Shown here one piece after another: positions 59,774-64,000 of a DNA stretch of 64,000 nt (within the stretch, counting starts at the first letter, position 1; each line of letters opens with the position of its first letter). The stretch comes from a bacterium. Its GTDB lineage: Bacteria; Zhuqueibacterota; Zhuqueibacteria; Residuimicrobiales; Krinioviventaceae. The notes beneath the pieces were generated by a model, which did not search any database, was not told the origin of the DNA, and saw nothing but the letters and a program-made list of their open reading frames with translations. The stretch lies in assembly GCA_963675755.2 (NCBI GenBank), contig CAXXMD010000002.1, forward strand, positions 1,536,001 to 1,600,000. Reading direction: 5' to 3'. The position numbers were made by a program, and so were the translations under genes.

Positions 59774-61053
59774 TGATATAACGGAAGCAAAATTGTGATG
59801 GTTGTACCGGCATCGGGGGCGCTGGTAACCTGAATTTTGCCCTCATGCTTTTGAATAACATTATATGCAATGGACAATTCTGTTCGTAGTTGAATGCGGG
59901 AATCTTTTGTCCAAAATCCCAGATCAAACATGGTATTTAATTGTTCTTCTGACAAGGGTTTACCCGTATCGGAAATAGAAACTTCTGCAAACTCGGCTTT
60001 TTCTTTCTTATCCAGTTTTACAAATTTCGTAGTAATGGTCAATGTGCCTTTGTTTTCCATATTTTGAACTGCAAAAAGAATAAGGCTCATAAATACCTGG
60101 TTCATTTGATTGACATAACATGGAACCTTGGGCAGCTCGGAATAATTTTTGACAATACTGATCTTTTCATCCAGTTCTTGTCTTATCAATGCCAGTGTAT
60201 TATCAAGACAATCATGAACATCCACTGCCTGCATGTCTGCTTCATCCAAACGTGTAAAACTCTTTAGACTTTTAACCAGTCGCGAAATACGGTCACTGGC
60301 CTGAACGATAATCTGATTATTGCTTTTTAAAATATTCAGCGTTTTGTTGTACTGCTCACCATCTTTCAAGTCCGGGCAGTCACTGTCGCCAACCAATTTT
60401 TCAATTATTTTCAAACATCTATCTGATATATCCGCCGAGCTTTTCACAACACCAATAGGATTATTAACTTCGTGGGCAATTCCTGCAACCAGGTTACCTA
60501 CTGCGGCCATTTTTTCCGCATGAACAAGTTGAAGCTGTGTTGCTTTTAATTCTTCCAGGGTATTTGAAAGTTCCTGTGTACGTTCTGTCACTTTTTGCTC
60601 AAGAGTCTGGTTCATTTCCAATAAACGCTGGTGTTGTTCTTCCAGTTGTTTTTCCTGATAAAAGCTCTTTATGGCTTCCTGAATAGTCAAAATCAGATCT
60701 TCCGGTTCCCAGGGTTTGGGGATATATCGATACAATTTTGCTTCATTTACGGCTTTGCCTATAGCATCGAGATTAGCCTGTCCTGTCAGCATTATCTTTA
60801 ATGTTCCGGGTGAAATCTCGTGAATGCGTTTCAAAAGTTCATCACCCTTCATATCGGGCATAATATAATCTGCAATAACTACAGGAACATCACACTGGTC
60901 ACTCATTAATTCTTCCAGTATCTCGAGAGCTTCCAGACTACCTTCAGCAGTTTCAATTATATATTCTTCACCAAATGTACTTTTCAGTTCAGCTTTAAGA
61001 CTGCTAAGCACAAACATTTCATCATCAACACATATTATAGCGGGTTTGCTCAT
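59761..61053 (-). CDS. Hybrid receiver-histidine kinase with degenerate ATPase domain
   Basis: REC (VDDE, ADYIMP, MLTG, KPW) plus H-box HEVNNP; N/G1/G2 boxes degenerate. Confidence 0.85.
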   Translation of the reverse strand: MSKPAIICVDDEMFVLSSLKAELKSTFGEEYIIETAEGSLEALEILEELMSDQCDVPVVIADYIMPDMKGDELLKRIHEISPGTLKIMLTGQANLDAIGKAVNEAKLYRYIPKPWEPEDLILTIQEAIKSFYQEKQLEEQHQRLLEMNQTLEQKVTERTQELSNTLEELKATQLQLVHAEKMAAVGNLVAGIAHEVNNPIGVVKSSADISDRCLKIIEKLVGDSDCPDLKDGEQYNKTLNILKSNNQIIVQASDRISRLVKSLKSFTRLDEADMQAVDVHDCLDNTLALIRQELDEKISIVKNYSELPKVPCYVNQMNQVFMSLILFAVQNMENKGTLTITTKFVKLDKKEKAEFAEVSISDTGKPLSEEQLNTMFDLGFWTKDSRIQLRTELSIAYNVIQKHEGKIQVTSAPDAGTTITILLPLYHQIT

Positions 61054-61445
61054 AACCTTGCCAGTCCAGTATTTATGGTATCTACCAATTCTTCTTCAGT
61101 CCAGGGTTTATGCAGACATCTGTGTAAATTGGCATTTTCAACAGCACGTTTGATTGCAGTATCATCCGCCTGGCCTGTCAGCATGATCTTGACAATCTTG
61201 GGAAATTTTTGATGAACCTGAATCAAAAATTCATCACCTTTAATTCCTGGCATTAACCAGTCAGAGACAATAATAATTATATCCAGGCCATCCTCTTCAA
61301 GCTCTTCGATTAGCTCCATGGCATCATTTGCGTTTTCTGCAACTTCATAGGTAAACCGATCGCCGAATCTATCTTTTAACTGAATTTTCAAACTATCCAG
61401 AATCATTTTTTCATCATCTACGCACAGAATAACCTGCCGACTCAT
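61050..61445 (-). CDS. Single-domain response regulator
   Basis: VDDE, SDWLMP, MLTG, KPW. Confidence 0.9.
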   Translation of the reverse strand: MSRQVILCVDDEKMILDSLKIQLKDRFGDRFTYEVAENANDAMELIEELEEDGLDIIIIVSDWLMPGIKGDEFLIQVHQKFPKIVKIMLTGQADDTAIKRAVENANLHRCLHKPWTEEELVDTINTGLARL

Positions 61446-63205
61446 GCTTTCTCCTCCGCTATAGGTGGTGTTTCCATAGGTAATATCACACTGAACGTTG
61501 TTTTGCCCGGCACACTCTCAACATTGATACTGCCGCTATGTTTTTCTACAATACGTCTCACAATATCCAAGCCCAGACCGCTTCCCTCGCCTCGTGCCTT
61601 TGTAGTATAAAATGGCTGAAAGATCTTTTCCTGAATTTCCGGTGGAATTCCACAACCACTGTCAGTAATTTTTACTATTATATTTTTATCAACCTGTTCC
61701 ACATCAATCTGAAGGGTACCCTTGTTCTCCATTGCTTGCAGGGCATTGTGAATTATGTTAGTCCATACCTGGTTCAATTCATCCGGGTAGCATAAAATGG
61801 GTGGTACCTCTTTAATATTTCGGACGACTTCAACGCCATGTTTTAACTGGTTATAATATAAAGTAAGTACTGTTTCAATTCCATCTGCAATACTTGCAGA
61901 AACTTTTTGCCCTGACTGGTCATATCGTGCATAACTCTTTAATGCAAACACCACTTTGGAAGCCCTGTCTGTTGCAGTACGGATATTATCTGCACTGCGC
62001 TGCAAACCTGACAATTTATAAGCCATTTGCAAGACCATCATATTGTCTTTGTGATTTAACAGGGATGCAAACTGGCTGAGCGAATTATATATTCCCATAT
62101 CCACCAGGGTATCAGCAATACTGTCCGCCTGTTCAATTTGCAAATCCTGCAATTCCGTTGTTAAATTTTTGCGATGCTGACGTTCTTCTTTAGCAGAGAT
62201 GCTAAAAGAACGGGACAAAGATTTTTCCATTAATTTAAAAAATGCTTCCCGCTGCTCGGCATTCAGAATTTCAAAAAATCCGGGTAACTGATCAAGCGTT
62301 TGTTCCAACGCACGCGAAATATATCCAACAGAAGAACGGATCGCTCCCAGGGGAGTATTGACTTCATGAGCAACACCGGCAATCAACTGCCCCAATGCTG
62401 CCATTTTTTCGGACTCTATCAACTGATTCTGGGTAGCCTTTAACTCGTCCAGAGTTTGGCTGAGCTGGTTGGTTTTCTCTTGTAATGCAGTAACAGCCTG
62501 GTCACGTTCCTGTTCACGTTCTTGTATAGCTTCAAGCATATTATTAAATCCATCATACAGAACACCAATTTCATCATTTCCCGGTTTCTTGACGCGAATG
62601 GAATAATCGGCATTTTCTGATATTCTGTTGGTTACCTTGGCCAGTTTTAATACGGGGCGTGATACAAATCCCTGTAACCATAAAGCCATAAAATGGATCA
62701 ATACCATGATGGAAACCAGCAATCCCGACATCATCATTAAATATTTCTTAATTCGCGCCTGAAGCTGGTGGGTAGATGCTTTTAACAGTATTGTACCCAC
62801 TTTTTGGTTATACGATTTTATTGGCTGAAAGACATATAATAAATTCCGCTCAAAATAGACAGCGCTGTCTTGCACCGCGGGAATAACATCATTGGGAGAA
62901 ATGGAATAAGAAGCAAATACAGAGTCTTGATTATTGTACACAATTCCCTGTACCAGTTCGGGCAGGGTTTCAATTTTTTCGAGTACTTCCTGAGCGCCAA
63001 TGGGATATTCAAATTCAAGTGAGGTTACACAATACTCGCCCATTAACTTGGCATTCATAAGCGTATTATTCACCAGCTCTTGTTTAAAAGATTTAATATC
63101 ATTAAAGATCACAAACGCAAAACCAAAAAAGATGGCAACAAAAGTAACAATCCAGATAATGTAGATTAGTTTATTGCGTATTGATAAATTCTTCAAGATA
63201 CTCAT
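61442..63205 (-). CDS. Membrane sensor histidine kinase (CHASE8-like sensor, HAMP)
   Basis: Two TMs, DEIGVLYDGFNNML, AHEVNTP, NIIHNALQA, DSGCG, GSGLGL. Confidence 0.9.
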   Translation of the reverse strand: MSILKNLSIRNKLIYIIWIVTFVAIFFGFAFVIFNDIKSFKQELVNNTLMNAKLMGEYCVTSLEFEYPIGAQEVLEKIETLPELVQGIVYNNQDSVFASYSISPNDVIPAVQDSAVYFERNLLYVFQPIKSYNQKVGTILLKASTHQLQARIKKYLMMMSGLLVSIMVLIHFMALWLQGFVSRPVLKLAKVTNRISENADYSIRVKKPGNDEIGVLYDGFNNMLEAIQEREQERDQAVTALQEKTNQLSQTLDELKATQNQLIESEKMAALGQLIAGVAHEVNTPLGAIRSSVGYISRALEQTLDQLPGFFEILNAEQREAFFKLMEKSLSRSFSISAKEERQHRKNLTTELQDLQIEQADSIADTLVDMGIYNSLSQFASLLNHKDNMMVLQMAYKLSGLQRSADNIRTATDRASKVVFALKSYARYDQSGQKVSASIADGIETVLTLYYNQLKHGVEVVRNIKEVPPILCYPDELNQVWTNIIHNALQAMENKGTLQIDVEQVDKNIIVKITDSGCGIPPEIQEKIFQPFYTTKARGEGSGLGLDIVRRIVEKHSGSINVESVPGKTTFSVILPMETPPIAEEKA

Positions 63206-63240
63206 ATCTTGTCCTTATTGCGTTCAACTATTGCATTCCA

Positions 63241-64000
63241 TCAAGGCAAAATTTCAAAGCCAACCAGGTAGGTATCATAGATATAATCCGCAAAACCATA
63301 TTCACGGTGTTTTCCAAATATATTCTTGGCACTGACAAAAGCGGAAACATTGTCCCATAATTTATATGAACATTTTGCATTCAAGCTCAGATATGGATCA
63401 AGATGAAGAGGATAGTCTTCTTCCACACTCACACCGGTAAAAGTTTGAGACCCAGAATAATATCCGTTAATATTCACATTAAATCTTGAAGGTGAATTAT
63501 AATTCAAGGAAAACCCACCATAGAAATATGGAGTAGAATCGGGTTTATCGCGGGTATCCGCTTCAACAACGCTATCCAGCTGGGCTTCGGTATAATAATC
63601 ATATCCGAGAATGTCTTCCACCTGATCTATATTTCTTTTCAGGTTATTCTTGATCTGGTCTTTGTCCCAAATTGTATTGGTTTGCTGCAGAACACCAAAG
63701 AACTTTAGCTTCCAATTTTCAATGGGCGTATAGGTAACAGAAAATTCTAATCCAACTTGCATTGCATTTTGATAGTCAACATTATCATAGGTTAAATTCT
63801 CTGCAATTACCGGCAATTGAAAACCATCACTCGTTGATATTGTATCAATACTAAATTCAGAAACCGGAGTTACTAAAAAATCATCCAGCAATGCACCAAA
63901 CACCTGTACATCAACATCCAATCTGGGATTAATTTTTGAACGTAAACCCAATTCAAGATTATGATTAGAAAGATAATCTGTATCCTGATTGGCTTGAAAT
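63241..64000 (-). CDS. TonB-dependent receptor, C-terminal part (5' end beyond window)
   Basis: Frame open to the window end; ELGLR, LNAKCSYK, SAKNIF, terminal YLVGFEIL beta-strand. Confidence 0.75.
   Translation of the reverse strand, partial: FQANQDTDYLSNHNLELGLRSKINPRLDVDVQVFGALLDDFLVTPVSEFSIDTISTSDGFQLPVIAENLTYDNVDYQNAMQVGLEFSVTYTPIENWKLKFFGVLQQTNTIWDKDQIKNNLKRNIDQVEDILGYDYYTEAQLDSVVEADTRDKPDSTPYFYGGFSLNYNSPSRFNVNINGYYSGSQTFTGVSVEEDYPLHLDPYLSLNAKCSYKLWDNVSAFVSAKNIFGKHREYGFADYIYDTYLVGFEILP

Overview
AT-rich bacterial chromosomal window. The gene content (secreted proteins with a YPNPFN C-terminal sorting domain, Tat-exported Gfo/Idh/MocA oxidoreductases, many CAZymes, selB) suggests an FCB-group lineage such as KSB1/Calditrichota; this taxonomy is inference. 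About 50 genes are present: GH127, ECF sigma/anti-sigma, kdsB, GH28, GH36, a PDZ beta-helix enzyme, a CusRS-like pair, a ~1526-aa repetitive surface protein, ppk2, a Kef-type antiporter, a TolC/MacB-permease/3xMFP exporter, namZ-ampG-DUF151, tpx, asd, selB and a TonB-receptor/histidine-kinase cluster. No rRNA, tRNA, CRISPR array or transposase was seen. Two things stand out. (1) An unannotated 20-aa leader peptide (MTIDMKKKTMKKTFKKSWAL, 55011-55073, minus strand) has a sigma70 promoter and terminator/antiterminator architecture. It looks like a Lys/Met/Thr-sensing transcriptional attenuator upstream of asd, a Gfo/Idh/MocA reductase and a divergent DHDPS-family protein, which may be a non-canonical DapA/DapB module. 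(2) A 9-kb cassette-like array (10.5-19.7 kb) has co-oriented unrelated genes separated by shuffled mosaics of three REP-like palindrome families. Other observations include a sigma54 promoter, a pseudo-trehalase, a pseudokinase, a gene-replacement scar and a frameshifted flavin reductase.
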